Source: Camelus dromedarius (taxonomy: Eukaryota). From it: a stretch of 64,000 bases of DNA. The notes beneath the pieces are model-generated. The model ran no database searches, was not told where the DNA came from, and saw only the letters and a program-made list of their open reading frames with translations. Positions 13,401 to 26,190 of this stretch are shown here, in pieces; position 1 is the stretch's first letter; each line of letters starts with the position of its first letter. The translations under genes and the position numbers were made by a program. The stretch is from NCBI RefSeq assembly GCF_036321535.1, contig NC_087450.1, forward strand, positions 49,662,001 through 49,726,000, written 5' to 3'.

Positions 13401-15139
13401 TACTCATTCTTGAAAGCAAACTGTCAACTCACAGAGATGGCTCCTGGGCCATACAGATTTATCCTAGTCCTAAAACCCATTTTGAGGAAGAGCAGAGCCT
13501 CAGGGCCACCTGCCAGCCTCCTCCTTTCTTATTACTCTTGCCAACCACATGACATTAGTTACGTGGCCTTGTCACAAGGCCACAGACGCCCCTGATTCTC
13601 TTGGTCTTCACACTCTAAAGAACTTTAAATGTTTGGCAGACATTGATAAACAGAGCACCCTGCTCTGTTTTCTTCATCAGATGAATACTAAAACCCTTGT
13701 CAAGGTGACAGAGCTATTAAGTGTCTATTCACACAGCAATCAGAAATTGGAGCATCAATCAGTAATCATAAAGTCAGGGGCATTTTCTCACAAAGTCAGG
13801 GATTCGGAGGGCTTTCATAAGCTAATCAGCAGGCATCAAATAGACAATCAATCTAATTAGCTGTTCACATTCGGATGGCAATCAAAGCAACACAGTGCGC
13901 TTCATTAGTAATGATATTGAGAACTGTGATCTGTGCTGTATTCAGCTAGGAAATGAATATCCCTTTTTGTAAATAGGTAAAGAGGATGAAGCTATACTAT
14001 GCGCATCATGTGCCAATTCAAAGATGCAGGCACCCGATACCCAACCGATGCCTACTGTTCCTCTTCTACTGGCCTAAAAGTAAAGGAGGGGGTAGGGTAT
14101 CTATCTGGAAGCCTGACAACAGTGCATCAGTAAATGGAGTGACATGACCCACCTTAGAGGAAAAATGAGGTGGAGGGAGGTGAAGGGGATGTCAATAATT
14201 ATGGAAATTTACTGTTTTTTCATGACAATGTCATTGTTTACCTCTAAATTCAACCCCTCTTACTTTGAGATCCCACGACTGTTCTATTATGTATACCTTC
14301 TTAGGATAAAGCGAGCGCTAAAGCACTCCACGGTAGGCATCTTGAGAATCATCTTTCCTGAGCACTCCGTGCCTTCCACAGTAAGCAATGCCAGAGAGCT
14401 GCTGCCATGTTGGCGGCAAAGGCCTTCTGAGACAGAGGCTGAGTCCTTCCTCCTAACTCAGAATGAAAACTGTGTATCACATATTTAGCCAGAAGATTTG
14501 AAGGTAATTAAACAGATAGACACAGTCCCTGTTCCCCAGGGGCTCATCTTACCTTTGGGCAACACTAACCAAAAAAAAAAAAAGAAAAAAAAACCTCACA
14601 AATTTAAAAAAAACAGTATGTTGTTAATGTCTAACTGCTGTGTTACAAACCTGCGTATTTTAGAATCTGAGAATTGAACATAAGGAAGAACACTGATATA
14701 TCAAATATCAGAAGAGCCTTCTGGAAAAAGCTAGAGGCCAGAAGCTGGTTGCTTTCAAACTGGCGTATATGTAAACTGCTAGTGTTTCAAGAGAATTGAG
14801 TCGTTTTTCGTGAAGGTTAGAATATGTTTCAGAAATCTGGTACAAAATGGTCACATAATGGAACTTAAAACACACACACACAGACTCCTACGCATTTTGC
14901 TCAGTTTAGCACACAATCACTCTCCATAAATCTCCATGGTCAATACATGTTTATGAGTGAGCAATGTTAACAATATTCAGGTACCAGTTCATAACATGCA
15001 CCCAGCTGGACTGTAAGTAAATTCCATAAAGGGAAGGTCGCCTGCCCACGCATCTTGACGCATCTACATCAGAGTTGGCGGTGGAGGAGGGTCTGCAGTT
15101 AAACACCCCTGTACTTCCTGGCTCCACAGTCACTCATCT

Positions 15140-15370
15140 ATAAAGCCCCCATCCCTGTTCCAGCTCTCCTGGAGGCCTCTCCACTTCTAACCTCATTCAT
15201 ACTTCCAGTTTCTACTTTCTAACTCCTACCTTCTAACCCAGACCTACAACAATTTCTTACACATATTCATTTACATTTTTGAATCCCTTTATTAGATTGA
15301 AAACACCTTTAGAGCAAACAATGTATCTGATTCAACTTTGTATCCACTAACATGTCTGATGAATAAATTA
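15140..15370 (+). mobile_element. L2 3' fragment
   Basis: Pyrimidine-rich run followed by an L2-tail-like ctttagagcaaacaatgtatctgattcaactttgtatcc...tgaataaattaa. Confidence 0.5.
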
Positions 15371-15929
15371 ACGATTTTTTTTCCAGTTAGTTTTGGTTTA
15401 TGTGAAAACTTGTTGTGTTCACTGGAAGGAAAGTCATTATAGGGATTTATCAAGAACACCTAGCGCCCAGAAGGCTGTGTGAGATATAAAACCTCACGTC
15501 TCTTGTCTCCAAGGAATTTCTGTGCCTATGTGTGACACATCACTCATGGAGTTACACCGCAGGGTGTTTAATATGAGGGTTTGAGAGAACAAGCATTCAA
15601 AGAACGAAAAATCTGGTTTATGATAAAAAAAATCCTAAGAGGTATTCAAGGAGCTTGTTATGTTGAAAGAAAAATTTAAAAGGCAGGGAAATAAATGAGG
15701 ACATGGTATCTTAAGGGAGAGAGCAGGAACAGGTCTTCCTTTATACAAAGAAGAACACCAGAGTCTGTAATTCCATTGAAGATATTCAAGCTTCTACACT
15801 CCAAGATAAAATTTTTCAGATAAAAAGTGCCACAAACGAACCAGGAAATAAAATCCCAGAGAGTAAAGTAATCTGTGAGTTTCATTTGTTTTCTTCCTTT
15901 TTGATGTCTTCTGCACCGAGCACTTGATG

Positions 15930-16200
15930 CACAAAGCCTGGGCCGCGCTGCCCCTGACGGCGGCGCTGAGCAGCAGGAAGCGGCCTGAGCCCGGGGCCCG
16001 CGGGCGCCCCCAGCGGCAGGCGCTGGAGGAGGTGCTGCAGGCTCTGCGTCTGGTTTGGGTTTGCCCTTGCAACACGCCCTGAGACGAGGCACAGTTCACT
16101 GCTGCTCAGTGCGGGAAACCTGGATGCTCTGCGGAGAGGTCTGTTGGGGCGCAGTTGCCCCGCCAGACACGGAAGTGCTGTCGCGAAGGGCTTTGTGTCT
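15930..16200. promoter_or_regulatory. Small CpG island, promoter-like
   Basis: GC- and CpG-dense ~270 bp in an AT-rich background. GC box ccccgcc (~16158), ETS/GABP-type acggaagtg (16169-16177) and tcgcga (16181-16186). Confidence 0.7.
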
Positions 16201-16202
16201 GG

Positions 16203-16839
16203 TGCGCACTAGTTTGCTAGGGCTGCCGTGACAAAGTATCGCAGACTGGGGGGCTTAAACAACAGAAAGGTGCTTTCTCTCAGTTCCAGAGGCTAGAAAT
16301 CCAAGATCCACGTTTTGGAAGGGTTGGTTTCTTCCCAGGCCTCTCTTCTTGGCTTGCAGATGGCCAAATTCTGTGTCCTCACGTGGCCTTTCCTCTCTGC
16401 CTGGACACTCCTGGTGTCTCTCTCTCTCTGTCTGTATCTCCTCTTCTTAGAAGGACATCAGTCATATTAGACTAAGGCCCACCCTAACAACCCCGTTTTA
16501 ACGTAATTACCTCTTTAAAGGTAATTAAACTTCGAATACAGTTGCATTCGGAGGCACTAGAGGTTAAGAATTCAACATTTGAGGTGAGGTAGGGCTAAAT
16601 CAGGAGTTTGAGATTGACAGATACACACTAATATATATAAAATAGGTAAACAACAAGGACCTACTGTATCCAGTATGTTGTAATAACCTGCAATGGAGAA
16701 GAAAAACCCATACACACCTTGCTGTGCACCCGAAACTAGCACAACATTGTAAATCAACTATACTTCAATTTAAAAAAAGGGAAAAGTTTAAAAAAATTTC
16801 GACACTTGAATTTGGGGATACAAAATTCAGTCTGTAACA
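16203..16839 (-). mobile_element. MaLR LTR (MLT1C/D-like), split by an L1 insertion
   Basis: ctagtttgctagggctgccgtgacaaagtatcgcagactgggggg...ttcaacatttga, resuming at ...ttgaatttggggatacaaaattcagtctgtaaca. Confidence 0.92.
16583..16795 (+). mobile_element. 5'-truncated cetartiodactyl-type L1 3' end nested in the MLT1
   Basis: ggagtttgagattgacagatatacacactaatatatataaaatagg...ttgctgtgcacccgaaactagcacaacattgtaaatcaactatacttcaat plus an A tail; flanked by a decayed 14-bp TSD. Confidence 0.92.
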
Positions 16840-16949
16840 GGGAGGAGTACCTGCCCCTCAGTCTCCACCTGCAAAACTTGTATATAATGTACCCACCCTA
16901 TTCTTCTCAGAGATATATTATTTCATTGATCCAATAATAAGAAAAAAAT

Positions 16950-17070
16950 TGCAAATATTTTAAGAGGGCTTACTATTGCCAGAGATAATTCTAAGCACCC
17001 TATATGGGTTACTTATTTCATAATTACAACAATTTTTTGAAGGGGGTATGGTTATTGGTCTCATTTTATT
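16950..17070 (-). mobile_element. MIR fragment
   Basis: Reverse MIR-like gagggcttactattgccagagataattctaagcacc...ctcattttat. Confidence 0.65.
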
Positions 17071-17109
17071 TGGGGACTCCAAAGCAGTTTTTTTTTTAAT
17101 GTTGCCTAC

Positions 17110-17466
17110 TTTTTAAAACAGTTTTTTGAGGTATAATTGATATAAAATAAACCGTCCATAGTTAGAGTGTATAATTTGGTAAGTTTTGAAGTATGTTCTC
17201 ACTTGTGAATTCATCATGCAGTGAAACGTTTCTTCCTGCCCCTTGGTAACCCTTTCCTCCTGCCCCTTCCCACAGTCCACCCACCTCATCTCCAGGCAAC
17301 CATGGCTCAGTTTCTGTCACTACGGAGTTGCTTGCATTTCATAGCATTTTATATGGATGGAATTTACGGTATCTATTCTTTTCTAACTTCTCTCCCTCAA
17401 CATCATTACTTTTAGAGTCATCCATATTGTCAGGTGTATTAATAGTTTATTCCTTTTATTACCGAG
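17110..17466 (-). mobile_element. LINE-1 3' end (L1MC-like)
   Basis: ttttttgaggtataattgatataaaataaa...atctccaggcaacca...catccatattgt. Confidence 0.9.
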
Positions 17467-18249
17467 TCATTACAACCAGTATCACCATCTACCCACCAGA
17501 ACGTAACAGACTGACAATGCTCTTGTCTTGGTTTTGAGAAACCAACCTTTATCTTGTTTGAAAACCCTTCTATGTTATCTTCATGTTTTACCTCATTGTC
17601 CCTTAGAAATTCCAAAGAGTTATTCCTTTTCCCAATAATAACACCACAAATCAAAAACTGTTAGATCCACTCCTATCAGTAAATGTAGTAACCAGGAACC
17701 AAGAGAGCTTACAATATTACTAGGGAAAAAATGTGTTTTCGGTTTTCAAATACCATGTATGAGCTGTGGGGCTAAAGGACTTGCTGTAGGCTTTTTATAT
17801 CTACACATTCTTATTAATGACATAAAATCCTCTTCCTCTTCCCCAACTCTGTTTAAAATCACTGTACTTTTCTCTTTCTGTCTGTAGTGTAATTTAACCT
17901 CCTACTTGAATACAGAACATAATTCAATTGAGAGGTGTGTTTATACCACACGAAATACAATAAAGCATGATGAAGTATTTCTTAAATCGTTTGCAAATGA
18001 ATGGCTGCAATAGTCCCAGGGTGCTCTCTGCTCTCCAGCAAACTAAAAGCAACTGTGGCTATTTATTAATATAGGGATCCCAAATGCCTTTTTGAGATAT
18101 TTAAAAGCTGGATGATATGAGCACGACCTAATGGAAAATTCACACAGAGAGATACTGCATGGAAGATGTGACCTGAGACTGGGTCAGAATTTTTGGTGGA
18201 GAATAACAGAGGCAAACTGCTATCTAATGTCATGATAACAGCCAGATAA

Positions 18250-18350
18250 AGTGAGAAGAAATGACCCAGGACCCTCAGAGAGGGCCAATGTCATGGCCAA
18301 AATTTAGAGCCAAGAATAATTCCCAGGTCTCCTGACTCCAAAGTCTACGC
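18250..18350 (-). mobile_element. MIR fragment
   Basis: cagagagggccaatgtcatggccaaaatttagagcc...cccaggtctcctgactccaaagtc. Confidence 0.6.
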
Positions 18351-18829
18351 TGCACGGAGAGTGGGACCAAGAGAGAAATCAACGAAACCGAGCATCTGCT
18401 CTCTGGGCTCGGCTGCAATTAGGAGGCAACCAGGGCTCCGTCTTTTGTTATACAGAACTATCGTTCTGCCACAGTAACTCTCTTAGTACTTCAAGTATTA
18501 CATTATATTTTCCCCTTAGTTGCTGTTTTCATTTTTAATCAAAATACTTTTTTTCAATTATTTCATTTTTTTAATGCAAAGTTATTCATATTTCTGATAA
18601 TGGTAAATTATTGTTTCAAGACTTCCATGTAAGTAATTCTTTAAACATCATATTAAATGCAGGAAAGGGCTGAAAAGAGAATAAGAAACTATTAGGCCTA
18701 AGTGTAGGGGAAACAGCAACCCTGGGTGGCAATCATGAATCACAGCTCTGGGCTCCATCCACCAACTCCGTGAACACCCTTTCCACCTCCTTAGCAAATT
18801 AAGGGTAAAGATAATTTTAAAGTCTCATA

Positions 18830-20860
18830 TGGCACAGGAGAAAGAATTTGACAAAATTCAGTACCCATTCATAATAAAAATAAAGTCTCTTAGCAAGCTA
18901 GGTAAAGAAGGGAACTTGTAAATCTATTAAAAATAATGTCTATACACAAAAACTTGCAGCAAGATCAGAAACAAAACAGGGACTTACTGTCTCCCATCTT
19001 CTACTCCATATAGTAATAGAGATTCTGACCAAGAAGTCAAGAAATCAAGAAACAGAAATGTCATCCAGAAGGATAAGAAAGGAGGGAACAAGTCCATTAT
19101 GATTCACAGATGATTTGATTTTATTAAAATTCCTAAGTGTGTTTAGCAAGATTTCTATATATGAAGTCAATACATAAAAATCATTTTACTCCAAGAAATG
19201 AACAATAATTAAAAGTAATCAGAATATTGTATATATATTACTAAAAGTGTAAAATAGCAAATAATAATGATATGACCAATGTGTAGGATTTCTACAAATC
19301 AAACGAAACTTTACTGGCATGCATTAATAAGAGCTAAATAGAGAAGATACATGTTGACAGGCTGGGAGATTCCATACTTAAGGCTGTCAGTTCTTTCCAA
19401 ATAAATCTATAGGTTCAACGTATTGCCATTCAAAATCCAAGAAATTTGTCCAAGTTCATAACCTGACAAGTCAGTTGTACAACTTCTATGGAAATGCAAA
19501 GACATAGCCAAGATTCACTTAAAGAAGAACAAAGAGGGAAGGTCTGCTTTCCAGATGTCATATTGTATTATAAAACTCTGATAATGAGAAAAGGCAAATT
19601 GACAAATGGTAAAGAATAGAGAGCCTACAAAGAGACCTATCTGTGTGTGAACACTTGATCTATACAGGGCCAAACTGCTGAGCTGTAGGGCAGGCACAGA
19701 TTTTCGACAAATGTTTCTGGGATAACTGAATAATCCATAAGGAAAATAAAATAAAATTAGAACCTGCTTTATACCATATAAAAGATATGAACTTCAGGTA
19801 GATTATAAACCTAAATAAATATGAAAGGAAAAACAATAAAACTTCTTGAAGCCAGCAGAAAAGAATATCTTTATAAATTTGGATATAAATTGATTTCCTA
19901 AATAAAACATTTATAGTGGTAACTATAAATAACGATGTATACCAATATGCCAAAATTAAAATAATCTATTCTTTAAAAGATACCATAAAAAACAGAAAAC
20001 AAACCAGATACTATACTTGTCACACATTTCAACAAAAGACTGTTATTCAAAATACATAAAGATTTCCTACAAAGACAAGACAGACAGGCAAGAGTTCTGA
20101 GAAGACACTTCATTAAAGAGGAAAGCTAAATGGCCAATAAACACAGGAAATCGTGTTCAACCTCATTAACCATCAAAGAGATGCAAATTAAAGATAAAAT
20201 GTGGCACCACTTTATATGCAGCAGATCAGCTAAAATGTGAACTGCTGATAATACCAAGTGTTGGTGGTGACAGGAGCAAATGGAACTCATACACAGCTGA
20301 TGGGAACGTCAATGGTTTCAATTTGGCAAACTGATGGTATCTCTATGGGTAAGCCTGTGTATCCCCTGTGATCCTGTAATTCTATCCCTAAGTATATAAC
20401 CAACAAAGTTAAGTATGTATGTTCACAAAAAAACACACGTAACAATTTTATAGCAGCATTATTTGCCAGGGCCAAAAACCAGAATACATATAAAATGTAC
20501 TATTTTCATTAAAAGAGCACCAAATAGCAATGAAAATGAAAGAGCCATAGCTACACATAATCAGCATGTATAAATCTCATAATCATAACGTTAAATGGAG
20601 GAATAAAGACAGAAAATGATATGCACAGTACAGTTGCATTTATATAAAACTCAAAAACAGACTATACTGTTCAGTGAAGCATGTGTATATAGTAAAGAAA
20701 AGGTCATTCTTACCCTAAGTGAGGGGGAGGAGGGAATACTGACTGTGAAGGGGCATGAGGGCTTCAGGGGAGCTGACATTGCTCTATTTCTTCACTGACA
20801 TAGTGTTTATGAGAGAGTACACTCTATGATGTGTTTGTATGATACTAAACGTTTTTCTCA
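18830..20860 (+). mobile_element. Old LINE-1 (L1ME-like): 3' half of ORF2 and 3' UTR
   Basis: gaatttgacaaaattcagtacccattcataat; agagatgcaaattaaagataaaatgtggcaccac; L1ME-like 3' UTR at 20500-20860. Confidence 0.9.
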
Positions 20861-20899
20861 AGTTTTAAAAGTCCTCTTTAATCCCCATCAACAACTACT

Positions 20900-21800
20900 T
20901 TTGACACTTTATATATTGAATTTAACTGCCACGCAACTTGCTTTTGGCTATCTCCTTTCAAAGATCTGAATCATCTGATGTTCTGCACGATGTGTCTTGC
21001 AACTCACGTTGGTATGATACTTATTTCTGTGCATTCCTGGGTGAAAATGCTCATTAATCTTCATGTTTCATTCATTTATGTAATTAAATTTCACCCAATG
21101 GGATGCAAACTTTTGTTCATATTACATGGAGCATAATGACTCTTTCGATCTGCATTCTCTGGCACTTTAGTTTTATATATATATATATTTTGAAGTATAG
21201 TCTGGTGGTTTATCTTATTTCATTTTTAGTTCAGGAAATAATCTTTCTGAATCTTTTGATTTGTTCCAATTGTTTGACTTCTTCCTCAGAAGTAATGATC
21301 ATGTTTATCTTGGATCTTGGATCACTCCTTTCTCTTCCATCTTCTCTCATATTATTGTCATTTACTCATAAATTTCCATCTAATCTATCTAATCTAATAG
21401 AATTTTTCAAATGTATATTCCACGTGATCATGTCCGTTTCTATAGTATCAGTTCTTTTCTTTACTGCCTCCGTCGTGAATTTTGTTTCTGCCATCATCTT
21501 TTTAATCTTCTCATAATCATCCATTCTCTCCCACTTTTTTAAAAAAATCTCATTGTTGGTCATTTGCTGTCCATATGTTGCTTCCTTATTGTCTTCAAAT
21601 ATGGAGCAAATATGCTGAGTTTTGATGCATTTGATTTAAACATCTTAAACTATTTTCCTTTTGTTTCTTTGAATAAATGATCTTTAGAAGTGAGGCCTTC
21701 TCAGTCTTCAGGACGGCCTTTCCTTCCTGGGCCATACAGTACATTTTCATGGGCTCCATGTTGGTTTTCTCCTGTGTCCTCATCCCTGGGTGAGGAAACA
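20900..21800 (-). mobile_element. L1 ORF1 / HAL1-like remnant
   Basis: ORF 21366..21563(-) contains MAETKFTTEAVKKRTDTIETD, resembling the ORF1p coiled coil; T-rich on the + strand. Confidence 0.65.
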
Positions 21801-22569
21801 TCTTCCTAGGTTTCACATTCACTAAAAATCACAACATGCGAAGTTTCTCTCACTATTGCATTGCTGGATGTCCAACTGACATCAGGACTTTTCCTAACCC
21901 TGCTGGTTTGGAATACGTATATTATGCTACATATTGATTCAATATATAGCAAACTGAAATTCCCCAGACGCACTGCTATCAGTGTTTTTCCTAACTTCAT
22001 CCTGTATATAGTGCTTTTGTTGGAGGTTCATGACTCCAAAATTCAGCATGCCACCATGAGTCCTCCCTTTCTCCACATACTTCATGCAGTTGTATTTTGC
22101 TGATTTCAGTTTTTCACTAAATGCTGTCAGAGAAGCAATACAGGTGCGGGTTGGGGATGGAGTTGGGATATGGGGGAAAGTGGGAAGTGAGAGAGGATAG
22201 CTTCCTAGCTCTCTCAAAAAAACAAACAAAAAGCTGCCATGCAGTAGAGAGAGATTTCTGGTGAGTAGAGAACTTGCGTTTCTAATCAGGAAGACGAAGA
22301 ATGCATGAAGGAGGGAGGGATTTTCTAACCACGTTGGAATGGGCAGATTTCTCAAGAGCCTGGAAAATGAACCATCAATTACACTTTTCAATCGAGTTCA
22401 ATCAACCTAATAGTAGAAATTCCTTCTAGATTTGGCAATAGGTTTACTGTCAGTCTTAATTTATCCTGTTGTGAGTTAGTAGTAATGTAGATAGAAACCA
22501 GAAGTCTCCTGCCTTATATATTGCTTTTTAATAAAATGTTCCTTTTTAAAAATATCAACTACTCTTACA

Positions 22570-24180
22570 GGAAGTGACATTCCAGGAACATGGTGGACTT
22601 AGCCAACAAAGAAAGGGTTTGGCTCACACACACACACAGTAAAATTCTGGTTTGATAACACATATTTTATAATGTAATCTATATTTGAGCTTGAAGGAAA
22701 GAAAGGGAAATTCCTAAGTATCATTTAAAAAAAAAGGAAATTTAAAGAAAGCATGGTAAACAAGAAGTCAAAACTACAGTGACCCGAGTAATATCATATA
22801 GTATAATGGACTAATGGGTGTAGGAGCTTCAGGGCTGGGCTTTAGAACCCACATAAGGAGCGGATAGGTGATATTTCACACGTGTGAAGTAGGATGTGAA
22901 AACTGAAAATCCTCAGTGACAGTGAGAATAGAAAGAGTACACCCACTAGCCTAGACACTAAAAAGAGAAAAACGTGTCTCAGGAACAGTGTGTGAAAATA
23001 CAAAGAACGAAAAAACAACAGACAAACCAAGAAATAACTTTACAAGATCTGTAATTAAAAGGCTAACTTTTTGTTAGGTTACATAACCTGTGTTAGGTAA
23101 AGTTGTAAAGCCTAGGTTTTTTCTACCAATATGAAATTCATATCTCCAAGTGATCAATAAATCAAAAAATTGGTTCTAGACCTATAAAGCCCCTGGATAA
23201 CCTGGAAGTTAAAACAGAAACAAATAAACGTAAAAACACTCACAGCAATATGTCTATAACCAAGGGTTTATGGGACCAATTACCCTGGGAATAAAACAGT
23301 GCATATAAACATAAGATTACAGTTAAAAAGAAACACAAGAGGAAATGATCCTAAGGGAAAAACTGACAAACAGGTATATTCAATCCCAAATAACTTGAGA
23401 CAGTAGAAAAATTAGACTCCAAGAATAGTATATTCAGAGTGAACACAGAGACCAAAGAAAAAAGAGAAAATATAAGAAAAAAAACTATATTTTATAGAAC
23501 GTTATGAAAAAGAACCAGTAGCTCTGAAAGTAAAATTTAAATGTAACGTCTAGGAATGCAGCTCATACATAATGTTTTCCAGAGAGATTAAACATTCAAT
23601 GGATAAGCAGAGCTAAAAACTGAAATAGGGAAGTAGAAGTACCCCACACTGGTTAAAATATGGAAAATATTAAAGAAAGCTTAAGATATATGGATGATAG
23701 AAGGAGACATCCACTCTATACTTAATGAATGCTTTACCAGGAGGTTAGAGAGAACATTGAAAAATCAATAGTTAGTATAATAATGTCCTAGAATTTTCCA
23801 GAATTGGTGAAAGGTATAAATCCTCTGTACCACAGCATGGCATACTTTTAAAAAAAATCCATACCTACATACATTGCCACAAAATTGCAAAACCCCAAAC
23901 ACAAGCAGAGAATTTTAGGAGCAACCAAAGAGGAAAGGTAGAATATTTATAAAGAATTGACAATTAGACCTTCCATTAGCAAAAACAGAGATCAAAAGAA
24001 AATGACTTCATATTATCAAAATACTACAGGAATAAAATTCTCAGATTAATTATCATTCAAGAGGGAACAATGGAGACATTCCAGACAGACTAACAATTCA
24101 TAGAACCTTATGGAAACAAACAATAAAGGATGCACTTCAGTAAGAATGAAACTGAATCCAGAAGGAAGAATTGGATACAC
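22570..24180 (+). mobile_element. L1 5' region and ORF1 / HAL1-like remnant
   Basis: Starts with aggaagtgacattccaggaacatggtggac. ORF1-like text at 23500-24170 (aatgtcctagaattttccagaattggtgaaagg; aaagaattgacaattagac). Confidence 0.75.
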
Positions 24181-24579
24181 ATCTCTCCATATTTTCCTTC
24201 CCATTCATATATTGACATACATACTGGTATCAAACAATACAGGCAGAGTACTTAATTCATAATAAGCATTCAATTAATGTAAAGTTATTAGAAGAAATAT
24301 TTGTAAATTGTGTTTTTAATCTTTACTTCCAGGACATAAAAAAATACAGGGGGTTTGCATATTGATCTTGGTGCTGGCCACACTGTTAAACTTTCTTATT
24401 ATTTCTAATAACTTACCTGCAGATCCTGATAAACTTTTCTGAACATGAATTGATACATCTTCAGAATTAAAGGAATGTGGTTACTAAAGATGGAGTTCTC
24501 TAGGACTGATTTCAAGGTTTCTGGATTGAGTCAATAAATAGCACCTATGTTGAAGGTGGAAATTAAAGAGTGATTCTAA

Positions 24580-24700
24580 AGGGAGTCACTGGACATTTTC
24601 CCAAAGATCTTCATTCTCTGTGCTTTTTAGTTTCCTCTTCTGAATAGGGATATGATCATTTTGTCTACCACATGGATTTGCAATTCTCTCTAGCCCTTTC
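24580..24700 (+). mobile_element. MIR fragment
   Basis: ttctctgtgctttttagtttcctcttctgaatagggata. Confidence 0.55.
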
Positions 24701-26079
24701 ATTGTCATCAGAGTGCCTAAAATTTAAATTTATTAAGCATCACATGGTACCAAGAACAGCACCAGCCCCTTATTAAACAGACCATTTGAGGAGAGCCATC
24801 AGGAGGACTCTGCAATTCAAGTGTCAATCATGAGGGCCATGATTCGAGTTCAGACTTTATCAGCAATCTTTGCAAATAGGTTGATCTTTCCTCATTTGTT
24901 TACTATGCTCCTTTGTAGGATGTGCCTATGACTGCAATTAGCAAGCAACCCTTAGCCCTATCATAGATAGCAAGACAAAATGACCATTAGGATGGATCCT
25001 AAGGAGTCAATATCATTTCTACCAGACTAAGATTTCACCCTTACACCTGTTCCATTTCAAACATGCAGCCTCTAAAGGACTGCACATGGACAGGTATGGC
25101 TAAATTCAATTATTCATGAATATTTAGCTCATTTCTCCTAGGTCGTCTTTCAACTTCATTTCCTGTAGGATGGAAGTCGGGGAGCTGGAATAAAGTTCCA
25201 AAAGCATCCTAGGTTTCTCTATGAATTGAGATCAGAAGGATTGCAAGGACAATTCACTGTCCCTTCCCCACTTCATCCATGAGGCCCCTGGGCCCCACAT
25301 TTCCTTGGGTAAAATCCTGAGGCCTAAACAGGGTGATCCCCACTGGCTTCCACTCACATTGCCGGCTGCCTCCATGACAGGACCTTTTCAGAAAACTTCA
25401 CCCTTAGGCCAGATCTGAGCCTCTGTTTTCCAGACAGATGGAACCCACAGAAACTATATTTCTCCCATCTGTTTCCTGTGGGACAAGTGCCTCAGCACAG
25501 GGGCAGGTCTCTGTGCCATTTCTATTTTGCAGCAGGAGGCTCTGAGAGGCTTCTGGCTTTGTGTTTTCCATTTTAATGGTTTTCGCCATGGCACTGGAAA
25601 TAGGAAGAGGCTTGAGGAAAGTAGGTGACATAAGTGAAATTCTTTATCTTTTTATGCTCGAGACCCTTTCAAACTGTCAACTGGGACACATTTCCCAGAG
25701 GGAGCTGTCTACCAGCCGGTGGAAGATGAATCAACCAACTAATTAGCCTCAGTCGTGAAGGTGTTCCCTTCTGGTGCCCCCTCCACCGTCTCACCAGGAT
25801 TTTTATCACTGTCTTTCATTGTCTGAAAACCCTATAGCGCCTGTAGCCGGCGCCCCACAGGTAACAATTGTATAGATACCGGCAGTCCTTTCCAGAAATG
25901 ATATCTTATTTCCTTAACGCTACTCCAGGTAGGGTGTGGTGAAACCAACTCAGCTTCCCTGTCCCTATGTTGCCAAGTTGGCATAATAACACTTCCCATT
26001 TACGTAATGATTTGCTTCTCTGGAAATCCTTTTCACCTCTGTGTTTTAATTCTCAAAACAGGCATGCAAAGCAAGTCAT

Positions 26080-26190
26080 ATTCTAATTTTAAAGGAGAGG
26101 AAACTGAAGCACATAAATTTTGGTGGCCCATCCACAGGTCCTCACCAAGCTGAACAGTAGGAGCACTACACCCCATGACCCCTTTTGTCC
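26080..26190 (-). mobile_element. MIR fragment
   Basis: ttttaaaggagaggaaactgaagcacata. Confidence 0.55.

Noticed and set aside
15700-15880. Plus-strand open frame ending at ATCT|GTGAGT
   Set aside because: No acceptor or start codon upstream; the next AG would give an intron of only about 46 nt.
15676-16099. Overlapping ORFs across the CpG island (138 aa, 101 aa, and a 51-aa plus-strand ORF from ~15927)
   Set aside because: GC-rich sequence is poor in stop codons; the Ala/Pro/Arg/Gly bias and lack of homology fit chance.
21103-22391. ORFs of 137 aa (+) and 150 aa (-)
   Set aside because: The first is the antisense of an L1 ORF1 remnant; the second runs through low-complexity purine-rich sequence.
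24405-24440. Perfect minus-strand donor CAG|GTAAGT with a 22-nt exon-like segment
   Set aside because: It lies within a degraded L1-like fragment, where cryptic splice sites are common.
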